A stretch of DNA of 39,269 nt from Actinoplanes sp. (GCA_036557765.1 DATBGW010000139.1:1-39269); one strand, 5' to 3'. Positions 17,415 to 27,510 are shown, numbered from the stretch's first letter. The notes: generated by a model from the sequence alone, not told the origin. Program-made: numbers and translations.

Positions 17415-18656
17415 TCAGCGGGTGTGGCCGTTTCCGGTCACCACGTACTTCGTGCTGGTGAGCTCGGGCAGGCCCATGGGACCGCGAGCGTGCAGCTTCT
17501 GCGTTGAGATGCCGATCTCGGCGCCGAAGCCGAACTCGCCGCCGTCGGTGAAGCGCGTCGACGCGTTGATCATCACGGCGGCTGCGTCCACCCGGGCGGC
17601 GAACCGTCGCGCCGCGGTGACCGACTCGCTGACGATCGCCTCGGTGTGCCCGGTGCCGTACCGCCGGATGTGATCGAGCGCGTCGTCCATCGAGTCCACG
17701 ACGGCGGCCGAGATGTCCGCGGACAGGTATTCGGTGCCCCAGTCGGCCGACGTCGCCGGCACCACGTCGTCGCTGTACGCCACCACCCGCGGATCGCCGT
17801 GCACGGTGACGCCGGCCATCGCCAGCTCCTCCAGGACCAGCGGCAGGAACGAGTCGGCGATGTCCGCGTGCACCAGCAGCGACTCAGCGGTGTTGCACGT
17901 CGACAGCCGCTGCGTCTTGGAGTTCATCACCACGGCGAGCGCCTTCTCCAGATCGGCGGACTCGTCGACGTACACGTGGCAGTTGCCGACGCCGGTCTCG
18001 ATCACCGGCACCGTCGACTCCTCGACCACCGTCTTGATCAGCGACGCGCCGCCGCGCGGGATGAGCACGTCGACCAGTCCGCGGGCCCGCATCAGCTCCT
18101 TGACGGAATCGCGCGAACTCGCGTCGAGCAGCTGGATGGCGTCGGGCGGTAGGCCCGCGTCGCCGATCGCTTTGCGCAGCACCGACACGATCGCCGCGTT
18201 CGAGCTCATTGCTGATGATGAGCCGCGCAGCACTGCCGCGTTGCCGGACTTCAGGCAGATGCCCGCGGCGTCGGCGGTGACGTTGGGCCGGCCCTCGTAG
18301 ATGATGCCGACCACGCCGAACGGCACCCGGACCTGGCGCAGCTCCAGGCCGTTCGCGAGCGTCGACCCGCGGACCACGTCGCCGACCGGATCCGGCAGCC
18401 CGGCCAGCTCACGCAGGCCGGCGGCCATCGCCGCCACGCGGTCCGCGGTGAGCGTCAGGCGGTCGATCATGGCGTCGGACGTCCCAGACGTACGCGCTTT
18501 GTCGACGTCCGCGGCGTTCGCGGCCACGATGTCATCGGAACGCTCCACCAGGCGTTCCGCCATCAGCAGCAACGCCGCATTCTTTTCGGCGCTGGTGGCC
18601 GCGGCCAGGTCGATCGACGCGGCCCGGGCCTGGGCGGCCTGCTCCCTGACTGGCAT
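17415..18656 (-). CDS. proA: Gamma-glutamyl phosphate reductase
   Basis: [66 protein letters not shown]. Confidence 0.97.
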   Translation of the reverse strand: MPVREQAAQARAASIDLAAATSAEKNAALLLMAERLVERSDDIVAANAADVDKARTSGTSDAMIDRLTLTADRVAAMAAGLRELAGLPDPVGDVVRGSTLANGLELRQVRVPFGVVGIIYEGRPNVTADAAGICLKSGNAAVLRGSSSAMSSNAAIVSVLRKAIGDAGLPPDAIQLLDASSRDSVKELMRARGLVDVLIPRGGASLIKTVVEESTVPVIETGVGNCHVYVDESADLEKALAVVMNSKTQRLSTCNTAESLLVHADIADSFLPLVLEELAMAGVTVHGDPRVVAYSDDVVPATSADWGTEYLSADISAAVVDSMDDALDHIRRYGTGHTEAIVSESVTAARRFAARVDAAAVMINASTRFTDGGEFGFGAEIGISTQKLHARGPMGLPELTSTKYVVTGNGHTR

Positions 18657-18665
18657 CGTGACCTC

Positions 18666-19778
18666 CTACAGCAGGACGAGATCGTCTCGGTGGACGACCT
18701 CTCGTTCATAGCCGGGGCCGAGCGTCGCGGCCAACTCCGGGGTGGTACGCCCCAGCAACGCCGGCAGTTCCACCGCGTCATAGTTCACCAGACCGCGGGC
18801 CACTGCAGTACCGGAGTCCGCGTCCACGAGATCGACCGGATCGCCGGCCGCGAACGAGCCGTCGACCGCCGTGATGCCGGCCGGCAGCAGCGACTTGCGC
18901 CGTGCCACCACGGCCGCGACGGCGCCCGGATCGAGGTGCAGCCGGCCGCGCGGCGCGGTGGCGTGCGCCAACCAGAACAGCCGGGCGGCCGGGCGGTGCG
19001 CCACCGGGTAGAAGTACGTGCCGACCTCCTCGCCCGCCAACACCGAACCGGCGAGGTGGGCGGCGGTCAGCACCACCGGAATGCCGAAGCCGGTGGCGAT
19101 GCGTGCCGCCTCGACCTTCGTGACCATGCCGCCGGTGCCGACCCCGGCCTTGCCGGCTCGGCCGATGGCGACATTGGACAGTTCCGACTCGTCGCGGACC
19201 ACCGCGATCCGCTGAGCCGCGGGAGACGCCGGGTTCCCGGTGTACAACGCGTCCACATCGGACAGCAGTACGAGAAGGTCGGCATGAACGAGCGCCGCCA
19301 CGAGCGCCGCCAGCCGGTCGTTGTCGCCGAACCGGATCTCTTCGGTGGCGACCGTGTCGTTCTCGTTGACGATCGGCAGCGCCCCGAAGTCGAGAAGCTT
19401 GCGCAGGGTCCGGTACGCGTTCCGGTAGTGCGCGCGCCGGGTCACGTCGTCGACGGTCAGCAGCACCTGGCCCACGGTAAGACCATGCCGGGCGAAGCCC
19501 GTCGCGTACCGCCCGATCAACAATCCCTGCCCGACGCTGGCCGCGGCCTGCTGGGTGGCCAGGTCGCGCGGACGCCGGGGCAGCCGGAGCGGGGCAAGGC
19601 CGGCGGCGATGGCGCCGCTGGACACCAGCACCACTTCCCGGCCGGACGTGGCGAGCACACCGAGGACGTCGACGAGGGCGTCCACACGTTGCTCGTCGAT
19701 CCCGCCGTCCGCGGTGGTCAGCGAGGACGACCCCACCTTCACCACGACCCGGCGCGCACCGGTCACCACATCCCGCAC
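18666..19778 (-). CDS. proB: Glutamate 5-kinase with PUA domain
   Basis: VVVKVGSSSL, VSSGAIAAG, NENDTV, FGDNDRL, GTGGMVTK, C-terminal PUA (HRDDLVLL); start re-assigned to GTG 19778. Confidence 0.96.
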   Translation of the reverse strand: MRDVVTGARRVVVKVGSSSLTTADGGIDEQRVDALVDVLGVLATSGREVVLVSSGAIAAGLAPLRLPRRPRDLATQQAAASVGQGLLIGRYATGFARHGLTVGQVLLTVDDVTRRAHYRNAYRTLRKLLDFGALPIVNENDTVATEEIRFGDNDRLAALVAALVHADLLVLLSDVDALYTGNPASPAAQRIAVVRDESELSNVAIGRAGKAGVGTGGMVTKVEAARIATGFGIPVVLTAAHLAGSVLAGEEVGTYFYPVAHRPAARLFWLAHATAPRGRLHLDPGAVAAVVARRKSLLPAGITAVDGSFAAGDPVDLVDADSGTAVARGLVNYDAVELPALLGRTTPELAATLGPGYEREVVHRDDLVLL

Positions 19779-19838
19779 GCGACCATTCTGCTCGCCGGCG
19801 TTTCCATGATCCTCCGGAGATCTCATATCGTGGCGTCG

Positions 19839-20141
19839 GTGACACCCGACGAGTACGTGGAAGAGGTGCTCGCGCTGGTCGAGCGCATCCCCGAGGGCAA
19901 GGTCATGTCCTACGGGGCGATCGCCGACGCGCTGTCCGAGCGCTCCGGGCGCAACTCCGCCCGCCAGGTCGGCACGATCATGGCCCGGCATGGCGGCGCG
20001 GTGCCGTGGCACCGGGTGGTGACCAGCTCCGGGCGGCTGGTGCCCGGCTCCGAGCAGGAGGCACGGCAACGTCTGCTCGCCGACGGTGTGCCGTTGAAGG
20101 GCGATCACGTCGACATGTCCCGCGCCGCCTGGTCGCCGTAG
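19839..20141 (+). CDS. Alkyltransferase-like protein (ATL/MGMT family, Trp replacing the catalytic Cys)
   Basis: IPEGKVMSYGAIA, ARQVG, PWHRVV; TATCGT -10 seven nt before GTG 19839. Confidence 0.9.
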   Translation: MTPDEYVEEVLALVERIPEGKVMSYGAIADALSERSGRNSARQVGTIMARHGGAVPWHRVVTSSGRLVPGSEQEARQRLLADGVPLKGDHVDMSRAAWSP

Positions 20142-20165
20142 GTAACCCGCGTATGAGCGGAGCGC

Positions 20166-21575
20166 TCAGAGCAGCATGCCTACTCCGCCGCGCCGGGGAT
20201 CGCCGGCCGCGCCGCCGGCGCCCACCGCCGTCACCCCGCCGAAGTAGTGGTCGAGGGTCGGCCACATGTTGATGGTCCAGCCCGCGCCGGCCAGTGCCGC
20301 CAGCTCCTCCTCGGGATAGCCGGCCTCGGCGTGCACGGTGTCCTCGACGATGTGGAACCGTGGGCGGTGCACCGATCCGGGGACGTCGAGGCCGTCGACC
20401 AGCACGCCGAGCAGCGTGTCGACCAGAGCGCTGCGGATCCGCGACGCACCGGCCGAACCGGCCGCCACGATGAGCTCGCCGGCCGGGTCGATCACCACCA
20501 GCGGGCACATGTTCGACGACATCCGCCGCCCCGGAGCAAGATCGTCGGTGATCAGCTCGCCCTCGCCGAGCATCGAGTTCATGTTCACGCCAAGCCCGGG
20601 TAGCCACACCGCGGCGCCCAGCCCGAGGGTCGTGGTGATCACGCAGGCGTTGCCCTCCGGATCCACCACCGAGACGTTGGTGGTGTCGCCGATCTTCTGC
20701 CGCCCGCGGTCGCGGAGCGCGGTGGCAACCGCCACGGCCCGGTCACCGCGGGCCATCCCGGCGATGTCGGGTGGCAGCGCCGCCAGCGTGTCCACCGTGC
20801 GGTTCAGATCGTGCCGCGCCCGGACGCGGTACCCGTTCAGCGTCGCGTGGTCGACGTGTGTCTCCTGCACCCGATACGAGGCCAGATCCAGCAGACCGAG
20901 ACAGCCGCCGCCGGCCCGCACCGCGTCGACCATCACGTGCGCGAACGCCCCGGTGTAGAACGCCGCCGGCCCCTCGGCGGCCAGGCCCTCCATGGCGGTC
21001 GCGAGGCCCGGATGGAACAGCAGGTCCCCGCCGGAGAGCAGCTTCCCGTTCGGGGTGTAGCAGGACGCGCCCTCGCCGTACGCCAGCGCCGGCGCGCAGG
21101 TGGCCAGCGTGCGCGCCTGGGCGGCCGGCAGCACGACACCGGTACGGGCCAGCCCGGCCGCCGGTGCCACCACGTCGGTCCACGGCAGCCGGCCCCACCG
21201 CCGGTGCACCTCACCCATGCCCGCCGGTACGCCCGGAACCGCCACGCTGGCGGCGCCTATCGAGTACACCTGCGGCATCCCGCCGAAGAACACGTCCACC
21301 GCGATCATCGGCCCGGGCTGCCGGTCGCCGTCCGTGCCGGGCACCGCGACGAAGAAATCGAGGCACGTCACCTCGCCGGTGGCCGCGTCGAAGTAGGTCG
21401 CGAACCCGCCGCCGCCCAGGCCCGTGTAGATGGTCTCGGCCACGCAGCAGGTCAGAACCGCGGCCACCGCCGCGTCCGCCGCCGTCCCGCCGGCGCGCAG
21501 CACCTGCACACCGACCTCGGCGGTCATGGGATGGCTCGCCGCCACACCGGCCGCGACGCCCCTTTGCCGTTCCAT
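20166..21575 (-). CDS. ggt: Gamma-glutamyltransferase family Ntn hydrolase (no signal peptide seen)
   Basis: GGTAADAAVA, GLGGGGF, VAVPG, catalytic Thr in DTTNVSVVD, SSNMCP, GSAGASRI, AGDPRRGG; start re-assigned to ATG 21575. Confidence 0.88.
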   Translation of the reverse strand: MERQRGVAAGVAASHPMTAEVGVQVLRAGGTAADAAVAAVLTCCVAETIYTGLGGGGFATYFDAATGEVTCLDFFVAVPGTDGDRQPGPMIAVDVFFGGMPQVYSIGAASVAVPGVPAGMGEVHRRWGRLPWTDVVAPAAGLARTGVVLPAAQARTLATCAPALAYGEGASCYTPNGKLLSGGDLLFHPGLATAMEGLAAEGPAAFYTGAFAHVMVDAVRAGGGCLGLLDLASYRVQETHVDHATLNGYRVRARHDLNRTVDTLAALPPDIAGMARGDRAVAVATALRDRGRQKIGDTTNVSVVDPEGNACVITTTLGLGAAVWLPGLGVNMNSMLGEGELITDDLAPGRRMSSNMCPLVVIDPAGELIVAAGSAGASRIRSALVDTLLGVLVDGLDVPGSVHRPRFHIVEDTVHAEAGYPEEELAALAGAGWTINMWPTLDHYFGGVTAVGAGGAAGDPRRGGVGMLL

Positions 21576-21624
21576 TCGGCGAAGCGTAGGCCCCGCGCTC
21601 GCCGGTTGGTTAACATCCGCTGGC

Positions 21625-22989
21625 ATGACGGCCGCCGGTCCCTCCGCCGACGTACGGGCGCCTACCGCCCTGCCGCGCCGGGTGCTGGCCGGGTACGCGC
21701 TCGGTTCGCTGGTCACGGGCGCGTTCGGCACCGTGCCGGGCCTGCTGCTCCTGCCGTACCTCACGGACACGCTGGGGGTCGCCGCGGGTGTGGCCGGACT
21801 GCTGGTGCTGGTGCCGAAGGCGTGGGACGTGGTGGCGAATCCGGTGGCCGGCCGGTTGTCCGACCGCCGCGGTGTCCGCCGGCCGTTCCTGCTCGGCGGT
21901 GGCCTGGCGGTGGCCGTGCTGTTCGCGGCCATGTTCGCCGGTCCGTTTCGGCCGGGCGCGGCAGCCGGGATGTACGTCGCCGTGGCCTTCCTGGCCACCG
22001 CCACGGCGTACGCCCTGTTCCAGGTGCCGTACGTCGCCATGCCCGCCGAGCTGACCCCGGACTACGCGGAGCGGACCCGCGTCATGAGCTGGCGTATCGC
22101 CGTGCTCGCGCTGGCCATCCTGGTCTCCGGCGCGCTGGCGCCGCTGGTGGTGAACGCGACCGGCGGCGGCCGGACCGGCCACCGATGGGCCGGTGCGTTC
22201 GTCGCCGGGCTGATCGTCGTGGGCACGCTCGCCACGTACTTCGGCACGCGCCGCGCCGAGTCCCGGATCGCGCCGGAGTCCGAACCCACCCTGCGGGCGC
22301 AGCTCGCGGTGGCGGCCGGAAACCGGCCGTTCCGGGCACTGCTGATCGCGTTCGTGGTCCAGGCCGCGGGCATCGGGACGATGCTGGCCGGCGTCCAGTT
22401 CTTCGCCGCACACGTCATCGGCGATGCGACCGGCGCCACTTATCTGTTCGCCGCGTTCGTCGGCCCGGCGCTGCTGGTCATGCCGTTGTGGACGCGCGCC
22501 GGCCGGAAGCTCGGCAAACTGCGCTCGCTCGTCGTGGCGTCGCTGCTCTTCGCGGCCGGCGGGCTCGCGCTGCTGACGGCGCCGGTGGTGCCGGCCGTCC
22601 TCGTGTACGTGACCACGGCCGTCATCGGCGTCGGGTACGCCGGTCAGCAGGTGTTCGCGCTGGCCATGCTGGCGGACTGCATCGGGCTGGACACCGAGCG
22701 GACCGGCCGCCGCCAGGCCGGGGTCTTCACCGGCCTGTGGACCGCCGGGGAGACGCTCGGACTGGCGCTGGGCCCCGGTATCTACGCGCTGATCCTGCAA
22801 CTCTTCGGATACGTGTCGTCGTCGACCGGCACGGCGGCCGCCCAGGACGCCACGGCCCGCCTCGGCGTGCTGCTGGGCTTCAGCGTGGTCCCGGCCGTGC
22901 TGGTCGGCGCCGCGGTCGGTCTGCTCGGGCCGTACCGTGACGCTGGCCCGCGCTCTGATGCCGTTCATGTGCCCCCGTCCGTCGGATGA
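21625..22989 (+). CDS. MFS transporter, GPH/MelB-like (MFS_2) family
   Basis: About 12 TM; KAWDVVANPVAGRLSD, RRPFLL, QVPYVAMPAELT..YAERT, GRRQAGVFTG; start re-assigned to ATG 21625. Confidence 0.88.
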   Translation: MTAAGPSADVRAPTALPRRVLAGYALGSLVTGAFGTVPGLLLLPYLTDTLGVAAGVAGLLVLVPKAWDVVANPVAGRLSDRRGVRRPFLLGGGLAVAVLFAAMFAGPFRPGAAAGMYVAVAFLATATAYALFQVPYVAMPAELTPDYAERTRVMSWRIAVLALAILVSGALAPLVVNATGGGRTGHRWAGAFVAGLIVVGTLATYFGTRRAESRIAPESEPTLRAQLAVAAGNRPFRALLIAFVVQAAGIGTMLAGVQFFAAHVIGDATGATYLFAAFVGPALLVMPLWTRAGRKLGKLRSLVVASLLFAAGGLALLTAPVVPAVLVYVTTAVIGVGYAGQQVFALAMLADCIGLDTERTGRRQAGVFTGLWTAGETLGLALGPGIYALILQLFGYVSSSTGTAAAQDATARLGVLLGFSVVPAVLVGAAVGLLGPYRDAGPRSDAVHVPPSVG

Positions 22990-23033
22990 CGTTCCGGTCG
23001 CCCATGGTGCCAGTGCCGGAACGGGCGCCATGA

Positions 23034-23061
23034 GTTATCCACAGCCGAGGGTTATCCACAG
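23034..23061 (+). promoter_or_regulatory. Two perfect DnaA boxes in direct repeat
   Basis: TTATCCACA at 23035-23043 and 23052-23060 (GTTATCCACAG repeated with 17-bp period). Confidence 0.7.
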
Positions 23062-23102
23062 GCGACCGGACGCCACCGACGTCGGACCGCTACCGTCGCC
23101 AC

Positions 23103-24518
23103 ATGATCGACGCGTTGCCGGACGAGGGTGTTCCGGCCGAGCAGGTGCTCGCCGAGCTGCGTGAGCTACGTGCCGCCGACCTGCCCACCCATGGCGGGCG
23201 GCTGTTCGCGTATGTGTACGACCCGGGATTGAGAGGCCTCGACGAGCTGGCCGGAGCCGCACACGCGATCTCCGCCGCGGTGAACGGACTGGACCCGACC
23301 GCGTTCCCGTCGCTGCTCGCCATGGAGAACGCTCTGGTCGCGGCGGCCGCCCGGCTGCTCGGTGGGGGACCTGGCACGGTGGGCAGCGTGACCGGCGGTG
23401 GCACCGAGTCGCTTCTGCTGGCGGTCAAGGCTGCCCGCGACGGCCGGCCCGACGTGGTGCTTCCGCGGATGGTCGTCCCGGCCACCGCCCATGCCGCGTT
23501 CGCCAAGGCGGCGCACTACCTGCGGGTGGCACTCGACGTCGTCAATGTCGGGCCGGACCTGCGCGCCGACCCGGCCGCGATGGCGGTCGCCATCGGCCCG
23601 GACACGGTGCTGATGGCCGCATCGGCGCCGTCCTACCCGCACGGCGTGGTCGACCCGATCCCGGCCCTCGCGGCGGTCGCCGAGGCGCGCGGTGTCCGGT
23701 TCCACGTGGACGCCTGCTTCGGCGGATGGGTCCTGCCGTACCTGCGCCGGCTCGGCGCCGACCTGCCGCCGTTCGATCTCTCCGTGGCCGGCGTCACGAG
23801 CATCTCCGTCGACCTGCACAAGTACGCGTACGCGCCGAAGGGCGTCTCGGTGCTGCTGCACCGCGATGAGGCGCTGCGGATGCCGCAGTACTTCGCGTAC
23901 GCGGACTGGCCCGGCTACACGATGGTCAACCCGGTGGTCGCGTCCACCCGGTCCGGCGGCCCGATCGCTGCGGCCCTGGCCACCGTCCGGCACATCGGCG
24001 ACGCCGGGTATCTCGCGCTCGCCGAGACCACGCGGACCGCGGTGGCGACGCTCGCCGCCGCCGTGGACGCCGTCGACGGCGTAGAGATGTTCGCACCACC
24101 GGAGACCAGCGTCGTGTGCTTCGCCGCCACCGATGTGGATCTCTTCCAGCTGGCGGACGAGCTGGCCGTTCGAGGTTGGCACACCCAGCCGCAGCTGGCG
24201 TGCGGACACTTTCCGCCGACGATTCACCTCACCGTGACCGCGGCGGTCGGCCCGACCGCGGGGGATTTCGCGGCGGACCTGTCCCTCGCCGTCGCGGCGG
24301 CGCGTGCTCAACGTCCGGTCGAGCCGCCCTTGATGTCGTTGACCCCGCAAGACGTCACGCCGGAGCTGGTGGCCGACCTCGCGGACCGGCTCGGACTCAG
24401 CGGCGGCGACTTCGGCCGGATGGCCCCGGTCAACACGCTGCTCAACGCCGCACCGCCGGCTCTGCGCGAAGCGTTGCTCACCGGCTTCCTCAGCCTGTTG
24501 CAGCGGCCGTCGGAATGA
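23103..24518 (+). CDS. Group II PLP-dependent enzyme, sphingosine-1-phosphate lyase-like
   Basis: GSVTGGGTES, AHAAFAKA, SAPSYPHGVVDPI, HVDACFGG, SVDLHKYAYAPKG (PLP Lys), WPGY...STRSGG. Confidence 0.85.
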   Translation: MIDALPDEGVPAEQVLAELRELRAADLPTHGGRLFAYVYDPGLRGLDELAGAAHAISAAVNGLDPTAFPSLLAMENALVAAAARLLGGGPGTVGSVTGGGTESLLLAVKAARDGRPDVVLPRMVVPATAHAAFAKAAHYLRVALDVVNVGPDLRADPAAMAVAIGPDTVLMAASAPSYPHGVVDPIPALAAVAEARGVRFHVDACFGGWVLPYLRRLGADLPPFDLSVAGVTSISVDLHKYAYAPKGVSVLLHRDEALRMPQYFAYADWPGYTMVNPVVASTRSGGPIAAALATVRHIGDAGYLALAETTRTAVATLAAAVDAVDGVEMFAPPETSVVCFAATDVDLFQLADELAVRGWHTQPQLACGHFPPTIHLTVTAAVGPTAGDFAADLSLAVAAARAQRPVEPPLMSLTPQDVTPELVADLADRLGLSGGDFGRMAPVNTLLNAAPPALREALLTGFLSLLQRPSE

Positions 24519-24535
24519 CGAAGTAGGTTGGCGGC

Positions 24536-25075
24536 GTGGTCGCATTGCCAGGAGTGCTCGGAGAGCCGATCCGGTTCGTACTGAACTGGGGGCGCCGGTA
24601 TTCGCTCTGGGTCTTCAACTTCGGGCTGGCGTGCTGCGCGATCGAGTTCATCGCATCCAGCATGGGACGGCACGACTTCATCCGGTTGGGTGTCATCCCG
24701 TTCGCGCACGGTCCCCGCCAGGCGGACCTCATGGTCGTGTCCGGCACGGTCACGGACAAGATGGCGCCCGCCATCCGCCGGCTGTACGACCAGATGCCCG
24801 AGCCGAAGTACGTGATCTCGTTCGGGTCCTGTTCGAACTGCGGCGGCCCGTACTGGGACTCGTACTCGGTCACCAAGGGCGTCGATCAGCTCATTCCGGT
24901 CGACGTGTACGTGCCCGGGTGCCCGCCACGGCCGGAGGCGCTGCTGCACGGGATCATGCGGCTCCAGGAGAAGATCGCCGGGGAACAGTCCGGACCTGGT
25001 GGCGTGGCTCGTCCGGACCCGCTCGCGCGGGATGCCGCCTCGTTGACGGCACCCCTGGTGGCACCACCCCGATAG
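24536..25075 (+). CDS. nuoB: NADH-quinone oxidoreductase subunit B
   Basis: [55 protein letters not shown]. Confidence 0.96.
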   Translation: MVALPGVLGEPIRFVLNWGRRYSLWVFNFGLACCAIEFIASSMGRHDFIRLGVIPFAHGPRQADLMVVSGTVTDKMAPAIRRLYDQMPEPKYVISFGSCSNCGGPYWDSYSVTKGVDQLIPVDVYVPGCPPRPEALLHGIMRLQEKIAGEQSGPGGVARPDPLARDAASLTAPLVAPPR

Positions 25076-25086
25076 CCTTCCCGTTC

Positions 25087-26388
25087 ATGGGCGCACAATC
25101 GCGGGCGGACTTCATCATCGATGTTCTGAGCCGGGAGTTCGGCGAGCTCATGGCGCTCGACCCAGCCGCGTTCCGGCGCAAGTTCCGCAAGATGGCCGCC
25201 TCGCCGTTCGCCTTCTACCGCGGCAGCGCGTCACTGTTCTACGCCGACATGACCGGCGCGTACGCCGATTCGAGCTTCCTGACCGACCGGACCAGCCGGG
25301 TGTGGATACACGGTGACCTGCACGCGGAGAACTTCGGCACGTACATGAACTCGTCCGGGCGGCTGGTGTTCAACGTCAACGACTTTGACGAGGCGTACGT
25401 CGGACCGTTCTCCTGGGACCTCAAGCGGTTCGCGGCCAGCGTGGCGCTCATCGGGTACGCCAAAGCGCTGTCCGACGACAGCATCTCCGCGCTGGTGACC
25501 GCGTTCGCCCGGTCGTACCTGATCGAGCTGAGGGCCATCGCAGCCGGCGGCGACGACGCGATCGGCTCGATCACGCTGGAGAACGCGACCGGTGTGCTGC
25601 GGCGGGTGTTGCAGCAGGCACGACTCAACACCCGCGTCGACCTGCTCGCGGCGCAGACCACGATCGACGAGTACGAGCGCCGATTCTCGCTGGGCGACGG
25701 TACCTTCGAAGTCGATAAGGACGTGCACGAAACGGTGTGCGAGGCGTTCGACCGGTATCTCGCGACGCTGCCGGCACACCGGTCCGTCGCCACCAACATC
25801 AAGGACATCGTGCTCCGCAAGGGCGTGGGGATCGGCTCCGCGGGGCTGCCGTCATACAACCTGCTGCTTGAGGGCAACACCCAGGCGCTCGAGAACGACG
25901 TGATCATCTACATGAAGCAGGCGCAGGTCCCGGCGGTCGCGCGCTGGATCGACGACGAACGGGTCCGTGCTTACTTCCGGCATCAGGGCCACCGGACCGC
26001 CGAGTCGCAGCGGGCGCTGCAGGCACACGCCGATCCGTGGCTCGGCTTCACCGAGTTGAACGATGTGGGGCAGCTGGTCGCCGAAGTGTCCCCGTACGCC
26101 GCCGACCTGGACTGGTCCGACGTCAACGAACCGGAAGAGCTGACCGGGGTGGTCGCGGACCTGGGCCGTGCGGTGGCCCGGATGCACTCGGTCGCCGACG
26201 ACGAGTCCAGCCACGACCTCGTGGACTTCTCCACCGAAGAGGCGATCGTGGCCGAGGTCGACAAGGACGAGGCCGGGTTCGTCGCGCATCTGGTGGACTT
26301 CGCGCACCGCTACGGAGATCAGGCCCGCGAGGACCACCAGGACTTCGTCGACCTCTTCCGCAACAACCGCCTCCCCGCCCTGGCCTGA
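25087..26388 (+). CDS. DUF2252 family protein (kinase-like fold)
   Basis: KMAASPFAFYRGSA, HGDLHAENFG, NDFDEA, WDLKR, GIGSAG, MKQAQ; start re-assigned to ATG 25087. Confidence 0.88.
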   Translation: MGAQSRADFIIDVLSREFGELMALDPAAFRRKFRKMAASPFAFYRGSASLFYADMTGAYADSSFLTDRTSRVWIHGDLHAENFGTYMNSSGRLVFNVNDFDEAYVGPFSWDLKRFAASVALIGYAKALSDDSISALVTAFARSYLIELRAIAAGGDDAIGSITLENATGVLRRVLQQARLNTRVDLLAAQTTIDEYERRFSLGDGTFEVDKDVHETVCEAFDRYLATLPAHRSVATNIKDIVLRKGVGIGSAGLPSYNLLLEGNTQALENDVIIYMKQAQVPAVARWIDDERVRAYFRHQGHRTAESQRALQAHADPWLGFTELNDVGQLVAEVSPYAADLDWSDVNEPEELTGVVADLGRAVARMHSVADDESSHDLVDFSTEEAIVAEVDKDEAGFVAHLVDFAHRYGDQAREDHQDFVDLFRNNRLPALA

Positions 26389-26415
26389 GCAAAGCCGCCG
26401 CCCGCCCCTTCCCCG

Positions 26416-26485
26416 CGATCTTGGAGTTGTGGTTGCCCTTATGGGTGCCTCGTCCGCTTTTGCGCCAACCACAACTCCAAGATCG
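26416..26485. repeat. Palindromic element copy 5 (core 26417-26484, reverse orientation)
   Basis: Perfect arms around the 30-nt spacer CCCTTATGGGTGCCTCGTCCGCTTTTGCGC; followed by re-iterated GATCGGCGGG units to about 26532. Confidence 0.95.
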
Positions 26486-26592
26486 GCGGGGGAAGGCGGG
26501 ATCGGCGGGAGGGCTAGGCGGGATCGGCGGGAAGAAAGTGAGCGGCGGACGTGCGCCCACGGCGGGTGCGGCGGGACTCTAGGATCTCCCGC

Positions 26593-27510
26593 ATGACGCC
26601 CGAAGAGGTCGGCGAGCGGATGATCACGCTGCTCGCGAGCGGCGGCGACGCCGTCCCGCCGATCGCGGGTGTGTCCGGCGGCGGGCCGGGACACGAACGC
26701 GCCGTCGTCGACGTGCCGGTGGCGGCCTGGCGGGCCGCGATTGTGGCGGCTCGGGAGCCGGGCGGGCTGGGCTGCGACTTCTTCGACTGGCTCTCGGCCG
26801 TGGACGAGCTCGACGAGGGCTTCACCGTCGTGGCACATCTGTGGTCGACGGCCGCCAAGCACGGCGTCCTGATCCGCTGCCGGGTGCCGCGGGACAACCC
26901 GGCTGTGGAGTCGATCGTGGACCTGTTCCCCGGTGCCGCATGGCATGAGCGGGAGACGTTCGAGATGTTCGGCATCACGTTCGCCGCGCACCCGGACCTG
27001 CGGCCGCTGCTGCTGCCGCCGGCGTTCGAGGGCCACCCGCTGCGCAAGGAGTTCGTGCTCGCGTCCCGCGTCGCGAAGGCGTGGCCGGGCGCCAAGGAAC
27101 CGGGCGAGTCGGAGTCCGGGGCAGCCAAGCGCGCCCCGATGCGTCCGCCCGGCGTCCCCGACCCGAACGAATGGGGACCGCTGAAGGGCAAGGTGCCGCC
27201 ACCGGAGACCCCGGCCCGGCGCGCACCCGGCGAACGCCCGGGCCGCCCGGCGGGGGGCGAAAGGCCTGAGCGCCCTGCGCATAGGCAACGATCCGAGCGT
27301 CCCGCCCCGCCGGCTGCCGGAGAGCGGCCGGAGCGTCCGGCAAGGCCGGAGCGGTCGGAGCGGCCAGCGAGGCCGGCCACAGGAGAGCGCCCGGCGAGGC
27401 CGACCACAGGAGAGCCCCCGGCGAGACCGACCGCTGAAGAACGGCCGGAGCGACCCGACCGGTCCGCCCCCCAGCCCCCGGCGACGCCGCTCGACGGGGA
27501 GGGCGACTGA
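26593..27510 (+). CDS. nuoC: NADH-quinone oxidoreductase subunit C with ERP-repeat C-terminal tail
   Basis: FFDWLSAVD, GAAWHERETFEMFGITF, GHPLRKEF; start re-assigned to ATG 26593 (TAGGAT -10 upstream). Confidence 0.92.
   Translation: MTPEEVGERMITLLASGGDAVPPIAGVSGGGPGHERAVVDVPVAAWRAAIVAAREPGGLGCDFFDWLSAVDELDEGFTVVAHLWSTAAKHGVLIRCRVPRDNPAVESIVDLFPGAAWHERETFEMFGITFAAHPDLRPLLLPPAFEGHPLRKEFVLASRVAKAWPGAKEPGESESGAAKRAPMRPPGVPDPNEWGPLKGKVPPPETPARRAPGERPGRPAGGERPERPAHRQRSERPAPPAAGERPERPARPERSERPARPATGERPARPTTGEPPARPTAEERPERPDRSAPQPPATPLDGEGD

Noticed and set aside
23034-23061. Replication origin (oriC)
   Set aside because: Only two DnaA boxes, no AT-rich unwinding element and no dnaA/dnaN context.
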